A DNA stretch of 40,803 nucleotides, filler included, from Acidimicrobiia bacterium (GCA_041577335.1; 14 parts of 14 records of this genome joined end to end with filler, not necessarily neighbours in it), one strand, 5' to 3'; positions 20,171 through 29,752 are shown, counted from the whole stretch's first letter. The notes: generated by a model not told the origin, from the sequence alone. A program made the numbers and translations.

Positions 20171-21034
20171 GTGGAAGCATTGACAATCGGGCTGCTGGGA
20201 ACCGGACGGATAGGCCGGATGCACGCCGACCTCATCCAACAGTCGGTCGACGGCCTCAGGCTGGGCTCCGTGTACGACGTCGTCGAGGCCTCTGCCCAGG
20301 AAGTCGCCGGCCGGCTCGACGCCGCCGTTGCAGACTCCGCACAGGCGATCTTCGACGACCCTGCGATCGATGCGGTGGCTATTTGTACCAGCACCGACAC
20401 CCACATCGATGCGATGGTGGCAGCCGCCGAGGCCGGCAAGGCGATCTTCTGTGAAAAGCCGATCTCACTGGATTTGGACGAGGTCGACCGTGGCCTGGAA
20501 GCGGTCTCTGCGCACGACGTGTTCCTCCAGATCGGGTTCAATCGCCGTTTTGATGCCTCACACGCCGCAGTCCGTGATGCGGTAGCCGACGGGACCGTCG
20601 GCGATGTGCATGTCGTGCGAATCACGAGCCGGGATCCAGCCCCTCCTCCGATCGCGTACATCGAGGTCTCGGGAGGCATCTTCTTGGACATGACCATCCA
20701 CGATTTCGACATGGCTCGATTCGTAACTGGTAGCGAGGTGATGTCTGTCTACGCCACCGGGGCGGTGCGGGTTGATACAGCCATCGGGCAAGCGGGTGAC
20801 CTCGATACGGCGGTGGTCGTGCTCGAGCACGAGAGCGGCGCCATCACAGCTATCGACAACAGCCGCCAGGCCGTCTACGGATATGACCAGCGCGTCGAGG
20901 TCTTCGGCTCGGGCGGGATGGCTGCGTCCGAAAACCCGCTGACCAACACCACGATCCGGCGGGGCCCCGCTGGTACCCAGTACGCGACACTGCCGTATTT
21001 CTTCATCGAGCGATACATCCCGAGCTACGTCGCC
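20171..21034 (+). CDS. iolG: myo-inositol 2-dehydrogenase (3'-truncated)
   Basis: Motifs GTGRIG, CEKP, GFNRRFD, SRDP, DMTIHDFD and YGYDQRVEVFG. Confidence 0.88.
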
Positions 21035-21134
21035 NNNNNNNNNNNNNNNNNNNNNNNNNNNNNNNNNNNNNNNNNNNNTTAATTAATTAANNNNNNNNNN
21101 NNNNNNNNNNNNNNNNNNNNNNNNNNNNNNNNNN

Positions 21135-21797
21135 GACGTCATGTTGGATAACAACGATCGGCTCGACGAGCTGGTTGCCAAGTTCCCCGAGCCTCTCGCT
21201 ACCTATTTGCCGATGAAGGTCAGTGACAAAGTCGGGCCTCTCGACTCCTATTCGAGACGCCAAGTTGTTCAGCTTCTCGACCGGCTCCCGAACATCCCAT
21301 CCGTGCAGAAGGTGGCGGCGACCATCGAGGCAGGGTGGGCCGATCGGGCTCTGGCAATGCTGGATGATCTCGATCCCACACCGGATCTGCAGGCATTACG
21401 GGTGCATGCGTTGCACGTTGCCGGGCGTGAAGAGGCCGCCTTGGCGCTTCTCGAGGAGGTTGCGATGTATGCCCCCACCGTCACCGCCCAGGTGGTGGCC
21501 ATCAAAACAGGTCGGTTCGAGATAGCCGAGGCGGTTGGTGAGGTCCTGGTAGAACGCGGCGGGCCCTCGCTTCATGTCGCTCTCTACAACCACGCCTGCG
21601 TGGCCTCACTCACCGGGCGCAAGGCCGAGGCCATTGAGCGCACCAGTAGGGCTATCGATGCCGGCTTCACGGTGGTGCGGTCTCTCAACTTCGATCCTGA
21701 TATTGCCGCGATCCGCCAAGACCCGATATTTCCGAGCCTCCGGACCAAAGCGTGGCACCGTCAGCAGATCGCGTTCGGAACTCCGCAACCTCAGTAG
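21135..21797 (+). CDS. Helical-repeat (TPR-like) protein, C-terminal part (5'-truncated)
   Basis: The frame is open from the contig edge. The pattern YNHAC..SLTG..EA....AIDAGF......DPDIAAIR is typical of a terminal TPR-like module. Confidence 0.65.
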   Translation, partial: DVMLDNNDRLDELVAKFPEPLATYLPMKVSDKVGPLDSYSRRQVVQLLDRLPNIPSVQKVAATIEAGWADRALAMLDDLDPTPDLQALRVHALHVAGREEAALALLEEVAMYAPTVTAQVVAIKTGRFEIAEAVGEVLVERGGPSLHVALYNHACVASLTGRKAEAIERTSRAIDAGFTVVRSLNFDPDIAAIRQDPIFPSLRTKAWHRQQIAFGTPQPQ

Positions 21798-21807
21798 CCT
21801 GAGTTCT

Positions 21808-22374
21808 ATGGATCTGATCTCCAGTATCTTCTCAGGCTTTGGCCTTTCGGCGAGCGCCGGTCTCAACGCCTACATCCCGCTGCTGATGATGGGGATCCTC
21901 AACCGATATACGGGCCTCGTGGACCTTGCTGAGCCGTACTCTGCCATCTCGAGCGGATGGGCACTCGGCACGCTGGGCGTGTTGGTGGTCATTGAGGTAT
22001 TCGCCGACAATGTCCCACTTGTGAACCATGTCAACGACGCGATCCAGACCGTTGTTCGACCAGCGGCCGGAGCACTCGTCTTTGCGGCATCGACGGACGT
22101 GGCCGACGTCAACCCGGCGTTGGCGATTGTCGCCGGCCTTCTGGTTGCTGGATCGGTCCACGCCACCAAGGCTGTGGTGGTGCGCCCGGCGGTCACTGCC
22201 ACGACCGGTGGGCTCGGAAACACCCCGGTGAGCGTCACTGAGGATTTCTTGTCGGCGTCGGTGTCGTTCTTGTCGATCCTGATACCGATCATTGTGGGTT
22301 TGTTCCTCGTCATCACCGTAGGTCCCATCGTCTGGTGGCGGCTACGGCGAAGACGACAAACGGCTGCGCCGTAG
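21808..22374 (+). CDS. DUF4126-family membrane protein
   Basis: Motifs GLSASAGLNAYIPLL, IEVFAD..P, RPAAGA and NTPVSVTED. Confidence 0.85.
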   Translation: MDLISSIFSGFGLSASAGLNAYIPLLMMGILNRYTGLVDLAEPYSAISSGWALGTLGVLVVIEVFADNVPLVNHVNDAIQTVVRPAAGALVFAASTDVADVNPALAIVAGLLVAGSVHATKAVVVRPAVTATTGGLGNTPVSVTEDFLSASVSFLSILIPIIVGLFLVITVGPIVWWRLRRRRQTAAP

Positions 22375-22463
22375 TCCTCCCGCTGGTGCGCTGCGGTGCG
22401 CCGGCCCACCCTCTCTCGACCCTTCACTAGGTTCTGATTCAACAAACAGGAGATGTGCCAACG

Positions 22464-23702
22464 ATGGATTTTGCGCTGAGCCCCACCGCCACCGCCATGC
22501 AGGAGAAACTGCTGGCATTCATGGACGAGTGGGTGTACCCGGCTGAGTCGGTGTATGCGGAACAGATGGCCGCTTCCGGCGATCCCTCGTTTCACCCTCC
22601 CGTCGTAGAGAAGCTCAAAGCTGAGGCGCGTTCCCAGGGCTTGTGGAACCTGTTCCTGCCAGATGAGGAGTGGGGCAGCGGCATGTCAGTCGTTGACTAT
22701 GCCCCGCTCGCAGAGATCACCGGGCGCAGCCCCAATCTCGCCCCGGAGGCACTCAACTGTGCGGCACCCGATACCGGCAACATGGAGATCCTCACGATGT
22801 TCGGCACGCCCGAGCAAAAGGACGCCTGGCTGCGTCCGCTCCTCGACGGCGAGATACGATCGGCCTTCTCGATGACCGAGCCGGACGTCGGCTCATCCGA
22901 TGCCACCAACATCCGCACCGAAATACGGTCGGACGGTGACTCCTACGTGGTTCGTGGCCGGAAATGGTGGTCGTCGGGAGCTTTTAGCGACCGATGTACG
23001 TTCTCGATCGTCATGGGGGTCACCAACCCCGATGCCGACCCGTACCACCGTCAGAGCATGGTCATCGTTCCGCTCGACAGCCCCGGAGTGGATATCGAGC
23101 GTGACCTCACCGTATTCGGCTATCAGGACCGGGGCGGGCACCCGCAGATCCATTTTGACAATGTGCGGATTCCGAAGGACAACCTCTTGGGCCAGGAGGG
23201 TGGTGGTTTCGCCATTGCTCAGGCTCGCCTCGGCCCCGGGCGAATCCATCACTGCATGCGAGCTATCGGAATGGCGGAGCGAGCCTTCGATCTCATGTGT
23301 AGCAGGGTGCTCGCCAAGGAGACATTTGGTCAGCCGATCGCCGAGCAGGGTGTGGTGCAGGATTGGATCGCCGAAGCTCGGATTGCCATCGAGCAGGCTC
23401 GGCTGCTGGTCATGAAGACCGCATGGCTCATCGATACGGTCGGGGTGAGGGGAGCTCGGATCGAAATCTCGGCGATCAAGGTTGCGGTTCCGAGAATGGC
23501 TGTCTGGGTGGTTGACCGAGCGATGCAAGCGTTCGGAGCTGCCGGCCTGAGCGGCGATTATCCGCTGGCGGGCATGTATGCACATCTGCGGACTCTCATG
23601 ATCGCCGACGGCCCTGACGAAGTACACAAGCGTTCGGTGGCGAGGCGGGAACTGCGGCGCTACGAGCCGGGATTTGTGCCGGAACCATACGACTTCAGCT
23701 GA
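22464..23702 (+). CDS. Acyl-CoA dehydrogenase (ACAD10/11- or FadE2-like)
   Basis: Motifs GLWNLFLP, NCAAPDTGNME, FSMTEPDVGSSDATN, AQARLGPGRIHHCMR and ADGPDEVH. Confidence 0.94.
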   Translation: MDFALSPTATAMQEKLLAFMDEWVYPAESVYAEQMAASGDPSFHPPVVEKLKAEARSQGLWNLFLPDEEWGSGMSVVDYAPLAEITGRSPNLAPEALNCAAPDTGNMEILTMFGTPEQKDAWLRPLLDGEIRSAFSMTEPDVGSSDATNIRTEIRSDGDSYVVRGRKWWSSGAFSDRCTFSIVMGVTNPDADPYHRQSMVIVPLDSPGVDIERDLTVFGYQDRGGHPQIHFDNVRIPKDNLLGQEGGGFAIAQARLGPGRIHHCMRAIGMAERAFDLMCSRVLAKETFGQPIAEQGVVQDWIAEARIAIEQARLLVMKTAWLIDTVGVRGARIEISAIKVAVPRMAVWVVDRAMQAFGAAGLSGDYPLAGMYAHLRTLMIADGPDEVHKRSVARRELRRYEPGFVPEPYDFS

Positions 23703-23709
23703 GATTCCT

Positions 23710-23735
23710 GGAACCGTTCTTGGTCGCTGTGCGTT
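23710..23735 (+). promoter_or_regulatory. Putative ECF sigma (SigH/SigR/SigE-type) promoter
   Basis: GGAAC-N17-CGTT immediately upstream of the WhiB gene. Confidence 0.6.
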
Positions 23736-23747
23736 TTATCCGTCGAG

Positions 23748-24014
23748 ATGTTCGATACGACATATATGCACGAGCCCTGGCGAGAAGACGCTCTCTGCCA
23801 GGGAGACACCGAGGGCCTCTTTTTTTCCGACTCCGCCGACATCGGCCGGGTGGCCGCCGCCAAAGCGATCTGCTCGTCCTGTCCGGTGATCGACGAGTGT
23901 CTCGCCTACGCAATCGACACCGGCCAGCCTGACGGTATCTGGGGCGGGCACACCGCCAAAGAACGCCGAAAGCTCCGAAGGGACTGGCTCAAAGAGGTCA
24001 GGCGGGCGAGCTAA
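23748..24014 (+). CDS. WhiB-family Fe-S transcriptional regulator
   Basis: W...A.C, LFF, AKAICSSCPV..EC, GIWGG and ER: four Cys plus the G[IV]WGG turn. An alternative start is ATG 23766. Confidence 0.95.
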   Translation: MFDTTYMHEPWREDALCQGDTEGLFFSDSADIGRVAAAKAICSSCPVIDECLAYAIDTGQPDGIWGGHTAKERRKLRRDWLKEVRRAS

Positions 24015-24185
24015 CGCCTATCCCTCCCCAATCTGCCACCCGCCTACTCGACGGGCGACGCCGATACAANNNNNNNNNNNNNNNNNNNNNNNNNNNNNNN
24101 NNNNNNNNNNNNNTTAATTAATTAANNNNNNNNNNNNNNNNNNNNNNNNNNNNNNNNNNNNNNNNNNNNCATGCGGAGGATCCGC

Positions 24186-26255
24186 ATGAACCTCCTGGCT
24201 CAGCTCGCGGTCGAGGCTCCACACGAAGAAGTCCATCTCGGCGACGGCGGCGTGTTCGCCGAGTGGGCGTGGATCATGCTCGTCCTCCCGTTCGTCGCAT
24301 TCCTGCTGATCATCTGGCGGGGCAAGCACATGAAGCATCAGGGGGCCGAATTCGCCATCGGCGCCATGGCGGTGAACCTGGTGATGGCCACCGTCCTGTT
24401 CGTATCGAACATGCTCGAAGGCATCTACCACGAGGGGGCGGTCGAGATCGCCCGGATCGGTCTGTTCAAGGGGCACGACCTGATCTTCGAGTTGGGGTGG
24501 GTCGTCGACGGCCTCTCGATCATGATGTATTGGGTTGTCGCCTTCGTCGGCCTGGCCGTGTTCGTGTACGCGGTCGGCTACATGCACGGAGACGTCCGGG
24601 TCACCTGGTTCTTCGCATCGCTCAGCCTGTTCGCCGGTTCGATGCTGGTGTTGGTGGGCTCACCCAACCTCGTGCAGTTGATCATCGGTTGGGAAGGGGT
24701 TGGAGTCGCTTCGTGGCTCCTCATCGGTCATTACTGGGAGCAGAAGGAGAACTCGTCTGCAGCCATCAAGGCGTTCCTGACCAACAAGGTGGCCGACGTC
24801 GGTCTCGTCATCGGCGCCATCTACATCGGGCTCACGCTCGGCGACTTTCGATTCTCCACCCTGGAGGCAGCGGCGGTCGACGGCGATGCGGCCCTGGCGG
24901 CGGTGGCAGGCTTGGCGGGTCTTCTCCTCTTCATCGGGGCGATGGGCAAGTCGGCCCAGTTCCCGTTCCACATCTGGCTCCCGGATGCCATGGCCGGCCC
25001 AACCCCGGTATCGGCCCTGATGCACGCCGCGACCATGGTCACCGCCGGGATCTACCTCATGGCGCGGACGTTCCCGCTGTATCAGAACCTGGCCGGCGAC
25101 GTTGCGATCCTCGGCTCACTCGACCTGCGGGGCCTCATGGTCGGAATCGGGGCGATCACCCTCTTCGGGATGGGTCTCCTGGCGTTGGTGGCCGACGACA
25201 TCAAGAAGGTCCTGGCCTACTCGACCGTCTCCCAACTCGGCTACATGATGACCGCCGTCGCCGCCGGTGGTTACACCGCGGGCCTGTTCCATCTCTTCAC
25301 CCACGCGTTCTTCAAGGCGCTCCTCTTCCTGGGGGCCGGATCGGTGATCCACGCCGTGCACTCCAACAACATGAGCGACATGGGCGGGCTCCGCAAGGAC
25401 ATGCCGAAGACGTTCTGGACGTTCATCGTCGGGTCGCTGGCCCTGGCCGGCATCATGCCGCTGGCGGGCTTCTGGTCGAAGGACGAGATTCTCGCCACCC
25501 TCGACTACGAGGGCTATCAGATGGTCTTCTGGGTCGCGGTGGCCGGGGCGTTCGTGACCGCCTTCTACATGACGCGAGCCGTTGCCCTCACCTTCTTTGG
25601 CACCTACAAGGGCCACGGGCATCCCCACGAGTCGCCCTCGATCATGACCACGCCGCTCATCGTCCTGGCGATCCCGTCGGTGATCGCCGGCTTCTTCAAC
25701 ATCCCGGGTGTGAAATGGGGTCCGATTCGCAACTTCACCGAGTGGCTGGCGGCTCGCACGGTGGCGATGGGTGATCACCACGCCGAGGCGATCGAGTGGA
25801 ACCTGGCCGCGATCGGTCTGGCAGCAGGCCTGGCAGGGATCTTGATCGGCTGGCTCGTCTTTGGCCGTGACGCCGAGACACAGGTCGCACGCGATCGGGT
25901 GGAGGTTCCGTTGCTCTACCCGCTCCTGCGCCAGAAGTACTACATGGACCACCTCGCCCTCGGCCTGGTCGGGGCCACCAAGGGCCCGCTCGCCCGGGCG
26001 GTCGACTGGATCAACACCTATGTCATCGACGGGATCGTCAACGGGGTGGGGGCGGTCGTGAAGGCGGCCGGGACCGTGATCTACGACGGGATCGACCAGC
26101 GGGGCGTCGACGGGATCTTCAACGGTGCCGCCGCCGCCTCCGATGCCGCCGGCCGCTCGCTGGCCAAGCTCCAGACCGGGCGACTGCAGAACTACGCCAC
26201 CGGGTTCGTGGTGGGTGCCCTCATCTTGGTGGTCGCCTTGGTGGTGGCCCTGTGA
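24186..26255 (+). CDS. nuoL: NADH-quinone oxidoreductase subunit L
   Basis: Motifs WEGVG, GKSAQFPFHIWLPDAMAGPTPVSALMHAATMV, FHLFTHAFFKALLFL and QTGRLQNY. Confidence 0.96.
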   Translation: MNLLAQLAVEAPHEEVHLGDGGVFAEWAWIMLVLPFVAFLLIIWRGKHMKHQGAEFAIGAMAVNLVMATVLFVSNMLEGIYHEGAVEIARIGLFKGHDLIFELGWVVDGLSIMMYWVVAFVGLAVFVYAVGYMHGDVRVTWFFASLSLFAGSMLVLVGSPNLVQLIIGWEGVGVASWLLIGHYWEQKENSSAAIKAFLTNKVADVGLVIGAIYIGLTLGDFRFSTLEAAAVDGDAALAAVAGLAGLLLFIGAMGKSAQFPFHIWLPDAMAGPTPVSALMHAATMVTAGIYLMARTFPLYQNLAGDVAILGSLDLRGLMVGIGAITLFGMGLLALVADDIKKVLAYSTVSQLGYMMTAVAAGGYTAGLFHLFTHAFFKALLFLGAGSVIHAVHSNNMSDMGGLRKDMPKTFWTFIVGSLALAGIMPLAGFWSKDEILATLDYEGYQMVFWVAVAGAFVTAFYMTRAVALTFFGTYKGHGHPHESPSIMTTPLIVLAIPSVIAGFFNIPGVKWGPIRNFTEWLAARTVAMGDHHAEAIEWNLAAIGLAAGLAGILIGWLVFGRDAETQVARDRVEVPLLYPLLRQKYYMDHLALGLVGATKGPLARAVDWINTYVIDGIVNGVGAVVKAAGTVIYDGIDQRGVDGIFNGAAAASDAAGRSLAKLQTGRLQNYATGFVVGALILVVALVVAL

Positions 26256-26298
26256 GCTTTCGGGAACCTTTTGAAGTAACAGAGAGAGGCGAGAAACG

Positions 26299-27093
26299 AT
26301 GAACTGGTTCGAGAACGGAGGGGCACTGAGCCTGATCGTCTTCCTGCCGCTGGCGGCGGCGCTGGTGATGCTGGTGATCCCCAAGGCCCGGGAAGAGGCG
26401 ATCAAGCAGCTTGCGCTGCTCGTGTCCGTTGTGACATTTGCTCTGTCGCTCGTCGTGGCGTTCGCGTTCGAACTCGGTTCCTCGGCGTCGTACCAATTCG
26501 AGATCTCCGTGCCCTGGATCTCGGCGATCGGATCCAACTACCACATCGGCGTCGACGGGATCAGCCTTCCCCTGCTGGTGCTGTCGACCTTCGTGCTCGT
26601 GCTCTCGATCATCTACTCGTGGAACCACTGGGAGGAGCCACGTAACCCGAAGGCGTTCCTGGCGCTCATGCTGATCCTCGCCACCGGCATGAACGGCACC
26701 TTCGTGGCCCTCGACCTGGTCCTCTTCTTCATCTTCTTCGAGGTGGTCCTCCTCCCGATGTACTTCATGATCGGGATCTGGGGGGACAAGTCGATGCGCA
26801 AGATCCCTGGTTTCGCACGGGAGATCCCGACCCGGCTCTACGCGTCGCTCAAGTTCTTCCTGTTCACACTGTTCGGCTCGGCATTCATGTTGCTGGGATT
26901 CCTGGCGATCTACTTCCGGGCCGGCGACGTGGCGCAGCGCACATTCGACATCCCCGAACTGGCGACGTTGGGGGCGGCCGGCGCCTTCAGCCCCGCCGCG
27001 TGGAGCATCGGCGGCCTCGTGTTCGGTGCACTGTTCCTCGGGTTTGCGGTCAAGGTTCCGATGTGGCCGTTCCACACCTGGCTCCCGGATGCC
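26299..27093 (+). CDS. nuoM: NADH-quinone oxidoreductase subunit M, copy 1 (3'-truncated)
   Basis: Motifs GVDGIS, FFE..LLPMY, KFFLFT and KVPMWPFHTWLPDA. Follows nuoL. Confidence 0.95.
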
Positions 27094-27205
27094 NNNNNNN
27101 NNNNNNNNNNNNNNNNNNNNNNNNNNNNNNNNNNNNNTTAATTAATTAANNNNNNNNNNNNNNNNNNNNNNNNNNNNNNNNNNNNNNNNNNNNCGAGGGT
27201 GCGCA

Positions 27206-28018
27206 TCATGAGGGAGCCCATCGCCGTCTGGTGTCCTCGACCATGGTGGCGTCGGCGATCAGCAGGTCGACATCGAGTGCCTCGGCCCGCACCCGCAGGT
27301 CGGTGAAGAGCACGGCACGCGCCGCCAAGGTGACGGGCCAGACGAGTGTGGCGATGATCACGGTGAGCGCGACTGCCATCAGCCGCGTCGAGTTGGGTTG
27401 AAGTGAGTAGGGGAGAAAGCCCGGCAATGCCAGGGCAACTGCGAGCCCCGCCATCACGCGGAAGCACCACAGCGTGGCTGTGAATCCCACCACCCTGGCG
27501 AAGTCTGTCTTCACGAGATCGACTGAGCGACGGAGTGCCTCGAGTGCATCTTGCCGTTCGTTCACGACCGCCGGTTGGGCCACGGCGCCCAGGGCGGCGG
27601 CAATGAGGCCTGGGATGATGAAGAGCAAGAGACCGGCCGCCACTGCCACCATGTAGATCGCCCCGCTGAGAGCAAGCGTGGGGATCCTGCCGAGAAGCTC
27701 GCGTGGGGGTGTCGGTGCCGTTCCGATCAGCGTTTCGTGGACGGCGTCATACACGAAGGGCTTGAGCGCCAACAGCCCAATCACCACGGCGGCCCAGAAC
27801 AGCGGCGTCTCACGTCCCGTGCCCGCAAAGAAGAGGCCCCAGAGTGACGGGGTGGTGGTCCGGGACATGTCGACCGCCAGCAGGTCGAGCCATTGCAGGA
27901 CGGCGAGACTCGAGAACAAGAGAGCTGCCGGGCCAAATGTCCGCCCTGGTTGAGCCTTGGTGATCTTGATGGCGGCGTCGAAGATCTCGCCGAGCCGAAG
28001 CGGCCTCAACCCGTACAT
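27206..28018 (-). CDS. Actinobacterial integral membrane protein (LRPL..GEI.D.A type)
   Basis: N-terminal LRPLRLGEIFDAAI, several TM helices, ALRRSVDLV and C-terminal DLRVRAEALD. The next ORF (MMRTL) starts by ATGA overlap at 27209 and is cut by the gap. Confidence 0.75.
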   Translation of the reverse strand: MYGLRPLRLGEIFDAAIKITKAQPGRTFGPAALLFSSLAVLQWLDLLAVDMSRTTTPSLWGLFFAGTGRETPLFWAAVVIGLLALKPFVYDAVHETLIGTAPTPPRELLGRIPTLALSGAIYMVAVAAGLLLFIIPGLIAAALGAVAQPAVVNERQDALEALRRSVDLVKTDFARVVGFTATLWCFRVMAGLAVALALPGFLPYSLQPNSTRLMAVALTVIIATLVWPVTLAARAVLFTDLRVRAEALDVDLLIADATMVEDTRRRWAPS

Positions 28019-28156
28019 CGCCGCAACGATAGCTCTACCAATGAAAGAAGTGCTCGAAATACGCTAACTACCGTGATAGAGTATCGTACTGTACTGGAAC
28101 TCATCGACAACGACCGTTGCACACCGGGGGCCGGGGCGTTCTCGGAAGGAGACACG

Positions 28157-28381
28157 ATGAATGGAGACCTGCCGCCGATCTTGGATGCGGCGCAAGTGGC
28201 GGATTTGCTGGGCATGAACGTTCAGATGGTCCGCAAATACGCCCGTGAGGGTCGCATTCCGGCGTACCGGCTTCCTGGCGGCCGGGCGTTCAAGTTCTTT
28301 CGCGACGAGATCTTCGACTTTCTCCGATCGCACCCCGTCGAGGTGGATGAGGACGAGGAGATCAGCGCGTCGGCTGATTGA
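28157..28381 (+). CDS. Small helix-turn-helix protein (HTH_17/excisionase/BldC-like)
   Basis: RBS AAGGAG. ILDAAQVADLLG....VRKYAREGRIPAYRLPGGR.FKF is a MerR-like winged HTH, followed by an acidic tail. Confidence 0.85.
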   Translation: MNGDLPPILDAAQVADLLGMNVQMVRKYAREGRIPAYRLPGGRAFKFFRDEIFDFLRSHPVEVDEDEEISASAD

Positions 28382-28931
28382 CGGGCTGGATCACCATGGC
28401 GATCACCTGGTGGGGGACAAACCATTCTGTGCCCTGCCGATTGGTGAGGGCGATGTGGTCTCGCGCTGCCACTGTGACCCGGCCCTCGATGAGCTCTTCG
28501 CTGTGGGTCGACACGACCCGAATCGTCTCCCCGGTTTGCTCCAGCTCTGCCAGTCGGGCCTTGAAGGTCCCCGAGCCGCCCGAAGGCGTGCCGATTCCTC
28601 CCGAGGTGGCCCGCTCTACGACTTTGATCACTACGGGCCCCGACAGATTCAACGACACGACTGCGTGTCCTGTCTCCACCACTGCCAAATCGCCTCGGAC
28701 GTACACGATGCGCCCCGTCACGATGGTGTGCCCCCAGCCGGCCGACACCTCGTCGCCCTTGCTCATGAGCTCATATGCCACCAATGACAGGTCGCGCCGG
28801 CGTCGTCGTCCCTGGTCGACGTCGCTCTCAACGTCCTCTGCTTCCCAGCGGAGCTCGCGCTCGGTGGCCTGGCGCAGATCGGCTGCCAGTTCCTCGAGCC
28901 GGTCGTCGAATTCGTCGAAATCGTACGTCAT
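28362..28931 (-). CDS. Hypothetical protein with two internal beta-barrel-like repeats
   Basis: Acidic helical N-terminus followed by two EL...G......GR......D repeats. Overlaps the HTH gene convergently by 20 nt. Confidence 0.75.
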   Translation of the reverse strand: MTYDFDEFDDRLEELAADLRQATERELRWEAEDVESDVDQGRRRRRDLSLVAYELMSKGDEVSAGWGHTIVTGRIVYVRGDLAVVETGHAVVSLNLSGPVVIKVVERATSGGIGTPSGGSGTFKARLAELEQTGETIRVVSTHSEELIEGRVTVAARDHIALTNRQGTEWFVPHQVIAMVIQPVNQPTR

Positions 28932-28947
28932 TGTTCCCCGAGCACGC

Positions 28948-28978
28948 TTGACAGGTCTTCGGCCACCAACCGTATCAT
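28948..28978 (+). promoter_or_regulatory. Putative sigmaA-type promoter for the CpaB/SAF gene
   Basis: TTGACA-N19-TATCAT, with an overlapping minus-strand TGn-TACGGT at 28969-28974. Confidence 0.5.
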
Positions 28979-29005
28979 GCGCTCCTCACTGGAGATAGAG
29001 GGACA

Positions 29006-29752
29006 GTGTCGGCTCCGGACCGGACCACCGAGACTCCGCGGTTGGCGCCTGCGCCCAGGCGGGGAGGGATACTCAGTCGATTGTCGGCTGGGCATATCGT
29101 GATGATCGTGGCGGCTCTGCTGGCCGCTCTCGTCAACCTCAATCTGCTCCAGTCGCGAGATGAGACGTTCCTCGTCTCCGTGGCCGCCGGCGAGATCCTC
29201 CCCGGCCAGACGATCGAGCCGGTCGACTTTGCGAGTGCCGAGATCAGGGCCACCGACCAGGTGCTCTCCCGTCTCATACTGTTCGACGACGCCGAGAACT
29301 ATGCCGGATTGATCGCGGTTCGCCCGATCGCCGCCGGGGACCTGGTCGGCCCCGCCGACTTTCAACAGGCAGCCGCGCCATTGCAGCAGCGGGCGATGAG
29401 CGTTCCGGTCGACGAAGAGCTCGCCGTGGGCGGAGCTATCAAAACGTCAGACCTGGTAGACATCATCGCCGTCGACGACGGGGTGGCTCGCTACGTGGTG
29501 GTGGGAGCCGAGGTGCTGGCGACACCAACCCGAGACGACAGTGGATTCACAGCGGCTGGTCAGTGGTTCGTGACGGTGGCCGTTACCGGCCAAGATGCCC
29601 TCGAGCTGGCCTCCGCCCTCGACCGCGGAGAAGTGCACGTTATCCGCTCGACGGGCGCCGATGAGCCCGAGTTCGAGTTCTTCGATCCATCAGTCATCGA
29701 GGAAGAACCTGTCCCTGATTCGCCTGCTGCCGGGGAGGGCGAGGCCGATGGC
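29006..29752 (+). CDS. SAF-domain / RcpC-CpaB family Flp (Tad) pilus assembly protein (3'-truncated)
   Basis: N-terminal TM helix, SAF-like VAAGEILPGQTI and AVRPIAAGDLV, and RcpC-like RAMSVPVD...AVGG.I...DLVDII and VTVAV. Confidence 0.8.

Noticed and set aside
28157..28381. HTH gene as a prophage or ICE excisionase
   Set aside because: There is no integrase, att site or phage gene on the contig, so a chromosomal regulator is more parsimonious.
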